Shown: piece by piece, positions 63,866 through 64,000 of the stretch
How positions within the stretch are numbered: position 1 is the stretch's first letter
Layout: each line of letters opens with the position of its first letter
NCBI GenBank assembly: GCA_000708835.1
Contig: DF237088.1
Coordinates: 1 to 64,000, forward strand
Direction: 5' to 3'
Length of the DNA: 64,000 bases
From: Klebsormidium nitens
Lineage: Eukaryota; Plantae; Klebsormidiophyceae
The notes under the pieces: model-generated
The model's database searches: none
Told to the model about the DNA's origin: nothing
What the model saw: only the letters and a program-made list of their open reading frames with translations
Made by a program: the position numbers and the translations under genes

Positions 63866-64000
63866 GTGAGTGACTTTTTCACTGGCAAACATTCCCTATC
63901 TACTGGAACACCCGTACTTTGTTTGAAGCAGCATTGGGGCTGTAATAAGCCTCCCGACGACGAATCAACCCACAAACACCATAGCCTCTTGGCGTGAGTT

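Overview
Eukaryotic nuclear DNA with intron-rich genes, most consistent with a charophyte green alga such as Klebsormidium. This is inferred from streptophyte-type plastid and lipid genes occurring together with axonemal genes. Exons were traced by eye using GT/GC-AG sites and frame continuity; family assignments rest on recalled motifs, not database searches. Ten apparently intact genes: PIMT (+), MORN3 (-), EMC6 (+, absent from the ORF track), a CYP86-clan P450 (+), LRRC34 (+), a secreted GDPD (+), a DIS3L-type exoribonuclease (-), thylakoid pentapeptide protein TL15 (+), a putative plastid DnaJ-type Zn finger/NUMOD3-like/5xCCHC protein (-) and the 5' part of GPAT9 (+). Also present are an intronless orphan ORF with an internal duplication (-), an F-box/LRR/ARM gene with a stop and a frameshift, a MYND-finger gene with a frame break, decayed gene fragments and small intronic repeats. 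No rRNA, tRNA, CRISPR array or recognisable autonomous transposon was seen. Best leads: (1) the three-module Zn-finger/NUMOD3 gene, (2) an RNase II-family gene that looks like DIS3L (DIS3L1) rather than the plant RRP44A or SOV types, with PIN acidic residues apparently retained, (3) an in-frame duplicated 3' splice site plus ExxR helix in the P450.
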